In this document: positions 10,167-21,585 of the stretch, piece by piece
How the letters are laid out: each line of letters starts with the position of its first letter
Position numbering within the stretch: position 1 is the stretch's first letter
Source of the DNA: an uncultured Chloroflexia bacterium
GTDB taxonomy: Bacteria > Chloroflexota > Anaerolineae > Anaerolineales > Villigracilaceae
Direction of reading: 5' to 3'
DNA: 64,000 nucleotides
NCBI GenBank assembly: GCA_963814135.1
Contig: CAWFBZ010000013.1
Location: 41,222 to 105,221, forward strand
Position numbers and translations under genes: made by a program
Notes under the pieces: generated by a model
What the model was told of the DNA's origin: nothing
What the model saw: the letters and a program-made list of their open reading frames with translations, nothing else
Databases searched by the model: none

Positions 10167-11706
10167 TCACTCCCATTCGATCGTGGCAGGCGGCTTGCTG
10201 GTAATATCATACACCACTCTATTGATTCCGTGCACTTCGTTCACGATCCGGTTCGCCACTCTGGCCAGGATATCCTCCGGGATGCGCGCCCAATCTGCAG
10301 TCATGAAATCGTCGGTGACCACCGCCCGGATGGCACAGACCTCCTGGTAAGTACGCTCGTCCCCCATCACTCCGACGGAACGAACCGGCAACAGGACCGC
10401 AAAAGCCTGGCTGGTGCCGGCATTTTTGCCCAACAAACCGGCCGCGGATAACTCTCCAGTAAAAATGGCATCCGCCTGTCGCAGGCGGGCGACGCGCTCC
10501 GGGGTCACCTCGCCCAGGCAGCGAACGGTTAGCCCGGGACCGGGAAAGGGCTGGCGCCAGACCATATCTTCCGGCAACCCCAGGGCCTCCCCGACCGCCC
10601 GCACTTCATCCTTGAAGAGGTAGCGCAGCGGCTCGACCAGGGCCATTTGCATATTTTCCGGCAAGCCGCCCACATTGTGGTGAGACTTGATCCTGGCGGC
10701 CTTGTTGCGCTCCGGTGCGGCCGATTCAACCACATCCGGGTAGATGGTCCCCTGCACCAGGAATTTCGGTGAAGCCAGTTTTTTAGCTTCGCGCTCGAAA
10801 ATCCGGATGAACTTTTCACCGACAGTCTTGCGTTTTTGTTCCGGGTCGAGCATCCCTTTCAGGCAGGCAAAGAATTCCGCTCCGGCATCCACCACCACCA
10901 GTTCGGCGCCCATCTGCCTGCGGAAGGTTTTCACGACCTGCTCCGGTTCGCCCTGGCGCAGCAAACCGGTGTCCACGAAGACCGCCACCTGATGATCTCC
11001 GATGGCTTTGTGCACCAGCGCGGCCGCGACCGACGAATCCACGCCGCCGGATACCGCGGCGAGGACGTGTCCATCGCCCACCTGGGCCTGGATGCGGGCC
11101 ACGCTCTGCTCAATAATGGAAGCCGGGGTCCAGTCGGGGATGCAGCCGCAGATATCGACCGCAAAATGTTCGAGCAGCGCAGCACCATTGGGGGTATGTT
11201 TGACCTCCGGATGGAACTGAACGGCGAAATACTTGCGGGTGAAATCGCCCATGGCGGCAATCGGACTGTTCGAGGTTTTTGCCAATGCAACGAACCCCTC
11301 CGGCATGCGGGTGATCCGGTCCCCATGCGACATCCAGACCGTGGATAAGGCGTCCAACATGCTGCCCGGAATGAGCGGCTCAATCGTCGCAGGTCCATAC
11401 TCACGCTGGCTGGCATGGGCAACTTCGCCTCCCAGGGATATGGGCGAGCAGCTGCATGCCGTAACACAGTCCCAGCACCGGCAGGCCGGAGGAGAGCACA
11501 TACGGCAGCAGCGTGGGCGCACCCGGGGCGTAAACCGACATCGGTCCTCCAGAGAGGATAAAGCCCTGCGGGCGGATCGCCAATACCTTTTCAGCCGGGG
11601 CGTCCCAGGGGAAGAGTTCGCAATAGACGTGCGCCTCGCGCACGCGCCGGGCGATCAGTTGGGCGTACTGGGAACCATAATCGAGGATGGCGATGGATTT
11701 ATGCAT
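10167..11706 (-). CDS. guaA: GMP synthase (glutamine-hydrolysing); one frameshift near 11437
   Basis: GATase N-term [36 protein letters not shown] (ORF 11401..11706), then ..[14 protein letters not shown].., ATP-PPase SGGVDSSV and C-term ..PPATIEWE (ORF 10167..11522). Confidence 0.92.
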
Positions 11707-11723
11707 GGACAGCCTGGGGAAGT

Positions 11724-12089
11724 TTATGAGTTGGAAGGGACAGCGTCGGATATGAGATGAAAATGCAAATGCGGGAATTCCTGGTACTCCCCGCCGTTTA
11801 CAAGCAGGCGATAAGCAGACAGGTGATATTCGCTTACCAGGCTATGCGTTGCGGCGATGAGGTCCATCAGGAAAGGGTCACCCGGCTCCAGGTCTGCAAC
11901 GGAGCGGATATCCTTTTTTGGAACGAGCAACACATGAAAAAGATGCTGCGGTTGCGGATGTCGGAAAGCCAGCAAGGTATCCGTTTCACGCAGGCGCCTG
12001 GCAGGGATGGCAAATGACATGTGGGCAAAAATCCAGCCGGTCAGGAATCGTCCGGCAGGCGTATTCGCTAACCGGAAAAGCAAGTTCAT
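11724..12089 (-). CDS. HIT-family (histidine triad) hydrolase
   Basis: 121 aa; C-terminal FPHLHFHLISD histidine-triad motif. Confidence 0.8.
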   Translation of the reverse strand: MNLLFRLANTPAGRFLTGWIFAHMSFAIPARRLRETDTLLAFRHPQPQHLFHVLLVPKKDIRSVADLEPGDPFLMDLIAATHSLVSEYHLSAYRLLVNGGEYQEFPHLHFHLISDAVPSNS

Positions 12090-12664
12090 TACATATCGCC
12101 TAAGACAATTTTTCCGTCCTCCAGGGAGGTAATGGACGCCAGGGATTCGATAGGGACGCCGAGCGACTCGAGCAGTTCCCGCCCGCCTTCAAAAGTCTTT
12201 TCGATCAGGGTGCCAATGCCAACAACGCTGGCACCGGCCGTTTGCGCCAGGCGGACCAGACCCATGATGGTGGCGCCGGAAGCCAGGAAATCATCGATGA
12301 TGAGAACTTTCTCCTGACCGGTCAGGTACTCAGGCGAAACGATCAACTCGACCATGCGGCCCTTGGTGTGGGAGGGCGCCAGCGTCAGGAAGACCTCGTC
12401 TGGCATGGTGATGGGCTTGGTTTTGCGGGCATATACCACCGGCAGGCCCAGGTAACGCGCCGTCATGAGCGCCGGGGCAATGCCCGAAATCTCAGCGGTC
12501 AGCACCTTCGTGGCACCCAGGCTTGCCAGACGAAAGGCAAGCTCTTTACCACACGCATCCATCAGGGCCGGATCGACCTGATGGTTGATAAAGCCGTCGA
12601 CTTTTAATATGCCATTGCCGAGATTCATTCCATCCCGGCGGATCCGATCGATAAGTTCACGCAC
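12089..12664 (-). CDS. xpt: Xanthine phosphoribosyltransferase
   Basis: 191 aa; ..ILKVDGFINHQVDP.., PRPP motif VLIIDDFLASGAT; GTG start preceded by GGAGG. Confidence 0.9.
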   Translation of the reverse strand: MRELIDRIRRDGMNLGNGILKVDGFINHQVDPALMDACGKELAFRLASLGATKVLTAEISGIAPALMTARYLGLPVVYARKTKPITMPDEVFLTLAPSHTKGRMVELIVSPEYLTGQEKVLIIDDFLASGATIMGLVRLAQTAGASVVGIGTLIEKTFEGGRELLESLGVPIESLASITSLEDGKIVLGDM

Positions 12665-12739
12665 AAAAACCTCCGAAATAAGTCCGAGCGTTTGTCTATA
12701 CCAGAAAGTATACCTTAGAACGCTTCCGAAGAATCCGGG

Positions 12740-13784
12740 TTATCGCCGTTTTTGATGGGCCAGCGAGGTGCTGCCAACCCTGCGAATGCGATAACCCAGC
12801 AGGTAGGGCTGCAGCCAGCCGCGCTCCAGCACGCTCAATAATTCGCGCCGACCGGCCTGGCGGTTTTTTTGAATTGCACGGCGCTTGTGGAGGGCTTCGG
12901 ATAGTCCGCGCAGAGCTGCATTTTTGCCTTCAGCAGAATCCTGCCTTTCCCTCGAAGGAGGTAATTCACCAGGTAGATCAAATTCGCCAGGAGGTGTGCG
13001 GGCAGGGCCTCCCACAACAAGGCCGAGGGCATATTCTTTACAAACGACCAGACGAAATTCCGTTGCCAGTGGTACAGCGCAAAATCGCTGTCTGGTCCCA
13101 GCGAGGCAGAACCGATATGGTGCACCACCGCCTCGGGTACGTACAAACAACGCTCAGCCTGCAAACGAAGCCGGAAGGCCAGATCCACATCTTCGTGATA
13201 ACTGAAAAATGTTTCGTCGAAGCCGCCTGCGTTCAGAAAAGCCTGGCGGGAATACAAAGCGGCTGCGCCGCAGGGACCGAACACCTCAACGGTTTCGGAT
13301 CCAAATTGGGCAGCCGGATAGCCGGCATACCGTCGCCAGGCCAGTCCGCTGATATGAAGGGCATCCCCGGCGCCGTCCAGCAGATGCGGGGCGTTGGCCT
13401 GGAGTTGGCGCGAGGCGAAAAAAGAAAATTCGGGATGAGCAGCCGCCGCCTGGAGCAGGGCCTCCAGCCACCGTGGTTCCGGAAAGGCATCCGGGTTGAG
13501 CATGGCCAGCCATTGGCCACGCGCTCAGACGCGCCCCCAGGTTGTTGGCCGCCGCAAAGCCAATGTTTTCACCCAGCCGTTCCAGCTTCAACCGCAGCGC
13601 AGACCAAGTTTTTTCCAACCCATCCACACAGCCATCCGTGGAACCGTTATCGACGACCACCACCTCAAAATCCGGGTAAGTCTGTCCGGCCAGGCTTTCG
13701 AGACGAGCGCGGCAGGCAGGCAGCGCTGTTCCAGGCCACCAGGATCACGGATACGTGCGGGGGGGAATCCAAAGACGAAGCCAT
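12740..13784 (-). pseudogene. GT2 glycosyltransferase (rhamnosyltransferase-like) with at least three frameshifts
   Basis: N-term MASSLDSPPHVSVILVAWNS (ATG 13784), DFEVVVVDNGSTDG, FFSYHEDVDLAFRL and C-term ALRGLSEALHKRRAIQ lie in different frames; shifts near 13700, 13510 and 12905. Confidence 0.7.
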
Positions 13785-13931
13785 ATCAACTCTATCTTAC
13801 CAAACCTGCGGATTTCGCGCAGGTGCAGGCGCGAATATTATCCAGAAAACCTGCGGGACGAGGAAGAATTGTGAAGTGCGTGGGAATAGGTATTGCCTGC
13901 CGACCGGTTTCGGGCTACACTATCAGGGTAG

Positions 13932-15215
13932 GTGGATATGTCCAACCAAAAACCCGATCTCCGTACCGTCGCAGAACAATTGGCCCGTTTGATCGAGGTC
14001 AGTCTCAGGCTTAACTCGACTCTGGATCTGGAGGAATTGCTCCAGTTCATCATACACAGCGCAACCGATATCCTGGATTGCGAGTCGGTATCCATTCTAT
14101 TGTATGACGAGAAAACGGCCCGTTTGAACTTCGTCGCCGCCAGCAATACGGATACAAAGAAACTGGCAGAAACACCGGTCCCATTGGAGAAAAGCCTGGC
14201 CGGGACGATCTTCCGCGAAAACAAGGTCATTTCCATGTCGGACGTGCATAAAGATGCGCGCCAATATCTGTTGGTTTCAAAACTCGTCAATATCGAGGTG
14301 AAGAATCTGCTGGGCGTGCCGATGCGCATCAAGGACAAGCCAACCGGCGTGCTGGAGGCGTTGAACAAACGTAATGGCGCCTTCGACGAGAGCGACGCGG
14401 ATATCCTGGCGGTCATCGCTTCCCAGGCAGCCGTCGCCCTCCATAACGCCCGTCTGGTGGAGGAGTTGCAGGAAGCCTACAACAACCTGCGGGATGCAGA
14501 CCAATTGAAAACCAATTTCCTGGCGTTGGCTTCGCACGAATTGCGCACACCGCTGGGAGTCATCATCGGGTATGCAACTTTCCTCCAGCAGGAAAGCCCC
14601 GGGGAGCTTTCGGAGCATGCCAAACAGGTGTTGAACGCCGCCATGCAAATGCGCGCCCTGGTGGATGCGATGACGAACATGGACATGTTGCGATCGAGCG
14701 AAATGATCATGCACCGGTTGGTCGTGCCCATCCAACAGATCCTGTTGGGAGCATTCAATGGTGTCAAGAACCTGGCCGAAGCGAAAAGCCAGCTGGTTAC
14801 GCTGAAACTGCCGGAGACACCTTTACCAGTTAAGTGCGATCCGGAAAAGTTAAAATCGGCCTTTGCCAATTTACTCGACAATGCGGTGCGTTTTACTCCT
14901 GAACATGGCAAGATCGTTGTCGGGGCAACCTCGCGTCCCGGGGGGGACGTATTATGCTGGGTGCAGGATGATGGGATTGGAATCCCACAACCCGAGTTGA
15001 AAAAAATCTTCAACGAGTTCTACCAGATCGAGCCACATACCACCCGTACACATGGCGGGATGGGAATTGGCCTGTGCATCGCCAAGGGACTGATCGAGGC
15101 ACATGCGGGAAAGATATGGGCCGAAAGCCCCGGGCTGGGAAATGGATCCACCTTCAAGGTTTTACTGCCATTCATCGGAACCAGCTCTTTGCAGTCGATG
15201 GTCCGCAAAGGGTGA
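13932..15215 (+). CDS. GAF-domain sensor histidine kinase
   Basis: 427 aa; GAF region, H-box ASHELRTPLGVIIGY, N/G boxes LLDNAVRFTP, DDGIGIP, GMGIGLCIAKGL. Confidence 0.88.
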   Translation: MDMSNQKPDLRTVAEQLARLIEVSLRLNSTLDLEELLQFIIHSATDILDCESVSILLYDEKTARLNFVAASNTDTKKLAETPVPLEKSLAGTIFRENKVISMSDVHKDARQYLLVSKLVNIEVKNLLGVPMRIKDKPTGVLEALNKRNGAFDESDADILAVIASQAAVALHNARLVEELQEAYNNLRDADQLKTNFLALASHELRTPLGVIIGYATFLQQESPGELSEHAKQVLNAAMQMRALVDAMTNMDMLRSSEMIMHRLVVPIQQILLGAFNGVKNLAEAKSQLVTLKLPETPLPVKCDPEKLKSAFANLLDNAVRFTPEHGKIVVGATSRPGGDVLCWVQDDGIGIPQPELKKIFNEFYQIEPHTTRTHGGMGIGLCIAKGLIEAHAGKIWAESPGLGNGSTFKVLLPFIGTSSLQSMVRKG

Positions 15216-15240
15216 TGGGTACCGGCGGGGTGCGGGATTT

Positions 15241-15702
15241 ATGCTGGCGCTGGTATACCTGATCCTGGGAATCATTCCGCCCCTGGCTGCCGGACCGCTG
15301 GCCGGAGTGATCTTCATCAATATCCTGAAACGCGGGAAACCCTGGCTCCAAATCCCATTTTGGGCCTCGCTGATCCTGATAAACACCTTGATCATGTTCT
15401 GGGTGATCACTTCCGCGGGCAGGTGGTTGCCGATCTCGAGCGTTTCAGCCTTCGTTTTCACACCCATCGCAGCCGTTGCTACGATACCCCTGATGCTCAG
15501 AGTGAAACGCTGGGCCATTGATTCCGGCGGCGTGGAAAGCCTCCCCAAGGGCTGGTTGCGCACCGGCATGCTGGGAATCCCCGGCCTGCAATTGCTGAGC
15601 TTTGCAGCGTTGATCCTAGCGCGCCCGGATTGTGCAAAATCGGACTGTTGGTGTGCCAGGGTCCGTAAGGGGGAGTCTACACAACCAGCGGGAAGCCTCT
15701 AG
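15241..15702 (+). CDS. Hypothetical membrane protein
   Basis: ATG at 15241 inside ORF 15103..15702; four hydrophobic segments; no family recognised. Confidence 0.4.
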   Translation: MLALVYLILGIIPPLAAGPLAGVIFINILKRGKPWLQIPFWASLILINTLIMFWVITSAGRWLPISSVSAFVFTPIAAVATIPLMLRVKRWAIDSGGVESLPKGWLRTGMLGIPGLQLLSFAALILARPDCAKSDCWCARVRKGESTQPAGSL

Positions 15703-18014
15703 CTTTCCTTTAAGAACGCCAGGGCTTTTCCAACCTCATCATTCATTATCAAGGATATGGAACACCCCGGACAGAAATCCTCCACCTTGATCAGGCGCAG
15801 GGCATCCGATAATCCTTCGTCGGAACGGATGAAATCAGCCAGGTGGTTGGGGGTTTTATAGAAAAAGCCGCGATTAAAAACGGTATCGTGGTCGTCCAGA
15901 TTAATATTGAGAGGGTAGATATTGGATTCGACCAGGTCCTGGAAAAAATGCGTGCCGAAGGAGGGCTCCAGGTCAGGGCCAACCCCCTTGCCGGTCAATT
16001 CGACCAGGGCGCGCGTGCAGTAAATATCCCCATAATCGATGCCAACTCCCATGTCAGGGGTGGAGGTGCCCCAACGCCCCGGTCCAACGCAGATGAAAGT
16101 CTCATCTTTCAATAGGGCATTAAGCGTCCCGATGGTGCGCTCAAGCCGGTTTCGTTCTGCAGTCGAAGTGAGGGAAAAATAGCCTTCCGGAGGGACGAAC
16201 AGCACCCAGCGGATGTCCGTAACCGTGCCACGCGGGACCATGCGATGAGACGAGAAGATGGTATCGGCAAGATCGAGCCTGGTGGGTAATTCCACTTCAT
16301 GCGCATCCCGCAGGTGACTCTGGGGACGGCATTGCAGCAACGTAATGCGGACATCCGGGTGAGCGGAAGCCGGATCGACAATTTCAGCCGTGAACTCGGT
16401 ATCCACGGGGGAGGAGTAATATTTCTCGAGGGTGGTAAGGAGAGCGCGCATTTTTTTTGCGAAAGAGGTCCTGCGCAGCAGCCCATCAAAGGTGACAACG
16501 AGGCGATTCACGTCGACCATGTTGCTATTCAGGGAACTCAGGTAGCCGTCTGCTTCCAGCTGGGAAATGTAACGGAGGCAGGGGTACTGCGCCGACATGA
16601 CCTCCCGGACGGGGAAGGTTCTCAAGGCATTTTTTTCGAGATCGATCAAATCCACGCATTGCTGGGAATGTTGCTGGATCTCTTTGACAGAATCCGCAGG
16701 TTGCAACAACGGATAACTCAGCGCAACCAGGCGCGGGTGCTCGTCCCCAAAAAACTCCACGGCACGCGTACCCAGGCCCCAGACCAGACGAACGAAACCG
16801 TCCTCCCGGCGGATCTGTGGAGACCATCGATACAGATTGCGACTGAAGGCCACCCCGGAAGCCTGCGGCATGAAGTAATTCCCAAATTGTTGCCCCTCCA
16901 CGAACTGGAGCAGCACGGCGATGCGCTCATCGTACTCCACCAATCCCTTGGAATGACGATAGAGCAGCGCGTTGGGGTTTACGCACGAGGCGTAAACACG
17001 GGCGATGGCTTCGGATAGGTAGGTAAGGTTTTCTTCGGGGGTTCCCTGGTTGGGGCAGAAATAACTGTTGTATTTGCCTGCAAAGGATGTGCCAAAATTG
17101 TCTTCCAACAGGCTGGATGAACGGACAATAAGAGGGCGTTTGCCGGCTTCAGCCAGGATATCCCTGAGACGTTCGAGAATGTCTTCGGGAAATTTGCCGT
17201 TGACAAAATCACGCACAATCCGGGGATACTCGGAGCGCATTTGCGCTTCAGGCTTGTATTTTTGATCGGACCAGTGTACGAGACCGTTGTTGGCAATGAA
17301 TACATAATACAGGTCGGAAGCCAGGAAATATGATTCTGGGATACGGACCGCCTGGCGTACTTCTTGTGGGGCGGCATTCCTGAGGATGCGGTATGCCAGC
17401 ATCATCCCGGCCGCTTTCCCGCCAATCTTCCCGTAGCCGATCTTGCGGAGGTAGATATCCTTCAGGTCGGCTACCGTGAACCATTTCCTGGCAATGTTCA
17501 GGTAGGCCAGCTGGTCGCTGATCATGGTGCGGATCAGGACCGCCTTGATCTCCTGCAAGCGAGCCTCATAGCCTTTCCGCTTGGCGGGAGGGATGCGTTC
17601 GATATCCTCGGCTTGCCGGAAGACCATGTCTTGTGGCGCAAGTTCGGGGTTGAATGTGATCAAATCCGGGCTGTCGCCTTGCTCATTAATCGCCAGCCGG
17701 ACAATATCCTCGAAATCCTCATAGGGCAGGTTGTACGCAAAATAGAAATCGGTCATATTGTCGCGTACGATCCGGATGCGGTCTTCCCAGGTATCCGAGG
17801 CTTCCTCGCCATAAGGGTCCTGCAAACCCTCGCGAATTTGAGATTGGATGGCCTTCTGGCGGGCCTCTGCGTCGAACGCCTCGTGCGAAAGGATGCCGCG
17901 CTCGAAGAGTTGCTTCCGCATGATGTGACGAATGCGGGAACTCAGGATGGGATATTCAGTCAGCGTCAGGTAAATGCTCAGGACGCGGTCAGAGGGGTGA
18001 TTGTAGGAAGTCAT
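15699..18014 (-). CDS. PEP/pyruvate-binding (pyruvate,water dikinase N-terminal ATP-grasp-like) domain protein
   Basis: 771-aa intact ORF; IGGKAAGMMLAYRIL and LIVRSSSLLEDNFGTSFAGKYNS resemble the PPDK_N nucleotide-binding domain; no phosphohistidine or TIM domains seen. Confidence 0.65.
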   Translation of the reverse strand: MTSYNHPSDRVLSIYLTLTEYPILSSRIRHIMRKQLFERGILSHEAFDAEARQKAIQSQIREGLQDPYGEEASDTWEDRIRIVRDNMTDFYFAYNLPYEDFEDIVRLAINEQGDSPDLITFNPELAPQDMVFRQAEDIERIPPAKRKGYEARLQEIKAVLIRTMISDQLAYLNIARKWFTVADLKDIYLRKIGYGKIGGKAAGMMLAYRILRNAAPQEVRQAVRIPESYFLASDLYYVFIANNGLVHWSDQKYKPEAQMRSEYPRIVRDFVNGKFPEDILERLRDILAEAGKRPLIVRSSSLLEDNFGTSFAGKYNSYFCPNQGTPEENLTYLSEAIARVYASCVNPNALLYRHSKGLVEYDERIAVLLQFVEGQQFGNYFMPQASGVAFSRNLYRWSPQIRREDGFVRLVWGLGTRAVEFFGDEHPRLVALSYPLLQPADSVKEIQQHSQQCVDLIDLEKNALRTFPVREVMSAQYPCLRYISQLEADGYLSSLNSNMVDVNRLVVTFDGLLRRTSFAKKMRALLTTLEKYYSSPVDTEFTAEIVDPASAHPDVRITLLQCRPQSHLRDAHEVELPTRLDLADTIFSSHRMVPRGTVTDIRWVLFVPPEGYFSLTSTAERNRLERTIGTLNALLKDETFICVGPGRWGTSTPDMGVGIDYGDIYCTRALVELTGKGVGPDLEPSFGTHFFQDLVESNIYPLNINLDDHDTVFNRGFFYKTPNHLADFIRSDEGLSDALRLIKVEDFCPGCSISLIMNDEVGKALAFLKES

Positions 18015-18023
18015 TATTCCTAA

Positions 18024-18051
18024 CTAAAAAGGGCAGGTCTGGGACCTGCCC
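18024..18051 (-). terminator. Intrinsic terminator after dnaN
   Basis: Minus strand GGGCAGGUC-CCA-GACCUGCCC followed by UUUUU. Confidence 0.65.
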
Positions 18052-18066
18052 TCGCAAGGGATCCTG

Positions 18067-19198
18067 TCAGCCAAGGTGCATCGGCATGATGACGTGCAGG
18101 AAGTTATCATCCCCGACCGGCCGGACGACGCCCGGGGCATTGGATGCGGACGTCTCGAGCGCCACATTCGGCGTCTTGACCACTTCCAACACCTCCCGCA
18201 TGTACTTGACATTGAAGGCGATCAACAAACCCACACCTTCGATCGTGGCGGACACCACCGTCTCATTGGAGCCGGTCTCTTCAGACTGGGCTGAAATCTC
18301 AACCGCACCCGGCTCCAGGTCGCCGGCAGACTTTATATCGAGCCGGGCCACATTCGAACCTTCCCGGGCAAAAATCTCGGCCTGCTTGCAGGCTTTGAGA
18401 AGCGCCGGGGTGGAAAGGATGGTTCGGGATTTGTAGGAACGCGGGATGATCTGCTGGTAATCCGGGAAGGTACCATCAATCAACTGAGAGACCACTTCAA
18501 CTTCCTTCATGCGGAAAATGACCTGGCCGCGGCCTTTCGGCATGACCATGGAGATGGACTTCATTCCCATCCGAGGCAACCCGCGCCAACTCACCCAGGG
18601 CGCGTGCCGGGATGATGGCCGTGACAGGTTGGGGAACCGTCTGAGAGAGAGTGCCTTTGCGGACGGAGAGACGGAACCCATCCGCAGCAGCCATGGTGAT
18701 GGTATCGTTCTCCACGGTAACCAGTACTCCCATCAGGACCGGACGAGCCTCATCTGCGGATGCGGCAAAGACCACCTGGGAGATCATATCCTTGAAGTCG
18801 GCCACATTCAATTGGATCGCCCCCTCCATATCGGGAACCGGCAGGGGTGGGAACTCCTGGGCGTCGATGCATTTGATATCCGTGTTGGAAGCCCCGCAAT
18901 GCACATTCAAGCTCTGGGTGGCGGTGGCCAGGCTCAAGCTGACCTGTTCCTGCGGTAACGTCCCAATCAGGTCCACGAATGTGCGCGCCGGCACGGTGGT
19001 CGAGCCTTCTTCCTCGATCTTGGCACCGATCCAGCAGGTAATGCCCAGCTCCAGGTTGGTGGCCGACAGGCGCAGGCGCCCTTCATCGCTCGCCACCAGC
19101 ACATTGGATAATACCGGCAGGGTGCTGCGCGGCGAAACGGCGCGTGAAACAATGCTCAATCCATGCGCCAGGCTTTCCTGTAAGACGGTTACTTTCAT
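18067..19198 (-). CDS. dnaN: DNA polymerase III beta sliding clamp; one frameshift near 18560
   Basis: N-term MKVTVLQESLAHGLSIVSRAV..LSATNLELG (ORF 18497..19198) continues as ..SISMVMPKGRGQVIFRM..DGTFPDYQQIIP..FLHVIMPMHLG (ORF 18067..18681). Confidence 0.92.
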
Positions 19199-19293
19199 GG
19201 CTCTGTCCTCTCCAAAACGTGTTGCAACGTTAATATTCCTGTGAATGGTACCTTAATAAAGTATATACCGAGAACCTGAAAGTGAAAAGGCAG

Positions 19294-21388
19294 TTACTCT
19301 TTATTAAAAGCGGGATCCAGGAAGACCCTTACGGCCTGCGGATCAAAATGTAAACCAGCCTGTTCGCGGATATATTGGGCGGCTTTATCTTTTTGCCAGG
19401 CTTCCCGATAAGGCCGGTCAGAGGTAAGCGCATCCCAAACGTCCACCACTGCAAATATCCGCGCCGTCAACGGAATTTGACTGCTTTTCAACCCACGCGG
19501 GTAGCCGGTGCCATCCCATTTTTCGTGATGACAATAAGGAATTTCGAGCGCCTTGCGAAGATATGCGATCGGTGAGAGCATGTCGTACGCATATTGCGGG
19601 TGCCTGCGCATGATCGCCCATTCCTCTTGCGTCAACGCGCCGGGTTTTAGCACAATGCTATCCGGTACGCCCATTTTCCCTATATCATGCAAGAGAGACC
19701 CCCGGTACATATGCAATATTTCGTTCTCACGTACTCCCATGGCCTGGGCCAGGCGGGTTGCCAGTTCGGACACGCGGCGGGTGTGACCTTCCGTCTCCTT
19801 GTCGCGTAATTCCAATGCGCTGGCCCAGCCTTCCAGGGTGTTGTCGTAAGCCATACTCAGCTCAGCATTCGAGTTCTGCAGGTGCTCGAACAGGTCTGAA
19901 TTATCGATCGCAATGGCAGCCTGGCCGGCCAGCATTTCCAGGAAGGCGTAGGCATCCGCATCCAGCCTGAGCGGTTCACGCTGGAAAACTTCCAGAACCC
20001 CCCTGACCTGCCCCTTGGCAAGCAAGGGGATGCCCACATAGCTGACAAATTGTTCCCCGGATAAGTTGGGCGATCTCTGCAGACCATCCGGTTCGGTACG
20101 CATATCCGGGACCACCACCATTTGCCTGTTCCTGACGATATGCCAGGCATGCCCGGCTCCAAAATTGATCTGCATGTGTCCCAACAACTGTGAGCGGAAA
20201 CCCCGCTCGCAAGAAAAAGTAAATGTTTGCGTGGTGGCATTGAAAGCCAGGATGTCGGCAGCGTGTAATCCCGAGCAACCTGGTTACCTGGTCCAAAAGG
20301 ATGCCAAGAGTCAGGGACAGATCAAAACTGCTGCTGATCGCCATGTCAATCGTGCGCAAGGCCAGCAGCTGCTGCATGCGCTCTTCCGTCTGGACGTTCA
20401 AGCGACTGTGTTCAAGCGCCAGGGCAGCCCGTTCCGAGAAGATGGACATTAAGCGTTCATCATCCGGACCGAAGGCATTTTCCTGCAAACTTTGCACGTC
20501 AATCGCTCCAATCACGACATTCCCAATCTTAAGCGGAATGGTCAACTCCGAGCGGGCCGGCTCCCAATTGGATAAATACCCGGGGATGCTGCGCACATCT
20601 CCCACATTGATTTTCTCCCCCGTGCGAATTGCCTGGGGAACCAGACCCGGGCCATCCAGGGTTAACTTCTTGTTCTTGATCTGGTCGCTATAAGGGCCGG
20701 CGGCGGCCAGGCGCAGCAATTCATTCGAATCCCTATGGAGGATCAGGAGACTGCAATTTGCCTGGCCAAATTCCTTCTGGACGATCTCCACGATCTTCTG
20801 AGCCAATTCCTGGAGATTAAATGAAGAGCGCGACATCAGGCTCCCGGAGGCGCGATACAGGCGGTCGAGTTCATCATTACGTTGGGCAAGTTCGCTGGCC
20901 TGGCGCGCCAGTTTTTCCTCCGAGCGCTTACGCTCGGTGATATCGCGACCGACAACAAAAAAAACGAATTCGCCGTTAATTTTTTGAATACGGACACTGA
21001 TCTCAATCGGGAATTGGGTTCCATCCGCGCGCACATTGATCGTCTCAACCGGGCGGTCAGGAGCGGAACCGGTATTTTCCGGGTTGACCAGCACGATGTT
21101 TTCGACGGATGGGACCAGGTCTTTGACTGTCTTGCCAAGAAATTCCTGGCGGGTGTAACCAAACATCTCACAGGCACGCTGGTTGACATCCAGAATTTGA
21201 CCGGAAGGGGTCTCGACAAAAATGGCATCCTGCACCCCTTCAAAGACATTGCGATACCTGGCTTCATTTTCGTACAGGGATACCTCTGCCTGGCTGGCAA
21301 TTTTTTGAGAGGCAGATTGGGCGGGGTGGGTTTTCGTTCTTCCCCGGGACCGGGCCTGGCTGGAATGAGACATGTCTGAATTTGTCAT
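19294..21388 (-). CDS. PAS-GAF-GAF-HD-GYP signalling protein (c-di-GMP phosphodiesterase type); one frameshift near 20265
   Basis: PAS (YRNVFEGVQDAIFV), GAF regions, HD-GYP (HDIGKMGVP..HHEKWDGTGYPRGL); ORF 19976..21388 and ORF 19294..20187 join at ..LLDQVTRLLGI/HAADILAFN.. Confidence 0.82.
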
Positions 21389-21533
21389 GATATTTCCTGG
21401 AATTTGAATGCATATTCTCGATAATGTTCGGAAGGCTGCGCTGATTCAGAAAGTCTGATTGGAACGATCTACTATACCACTTGAAGATGGAAAGCCATCT
21501 GCAAAATAGCCCTTAATCCTTACAATAGTCTCG

Positions 21534-21572
21534 CAAAATCAAAAAAGAGCGGCAACCTGGGGCTGCCGCTCT
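21534..21572 (-). terminator. Intrinsic terminator after valS
   Basis: Minus strand AGAGCGGCA-loop-UGCCGCUCU followed by UUUUUUGAUUUU. Confidence 0.75.
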
Positions 21573-21585
21573 TTGGAATACCAAC

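Noticed and set aside
12665-12800. Possible purine riboswitch upstream of xpt, plus a 10-bp inverted repeat GGGTTATCGC/GCGATAACCC (12737-12746 and 12788-12797)
   Set aside because: The conserved purine-aptamer elements (UAUAAU junction, GGAUAUGG loop, CCGUAAAU) are missing and only weak partial similarity exists. The inverted repeat spans the 3' end of the upstream glycosyltransferase pseudogene and has no U-tract.
18067-19198. Interpreting the split dnaN (and guaA, rsgA, the PBP2-type gene) as genuine pseudogenes or programmed frameshifts
   Set aside because: These are essential single-copy functions. The shifts are simple 1-nt events, often in homopolymers, with no slippery-site or pseudoknot context. 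Assembly error is the parsimonious explanation pending read-level checks.
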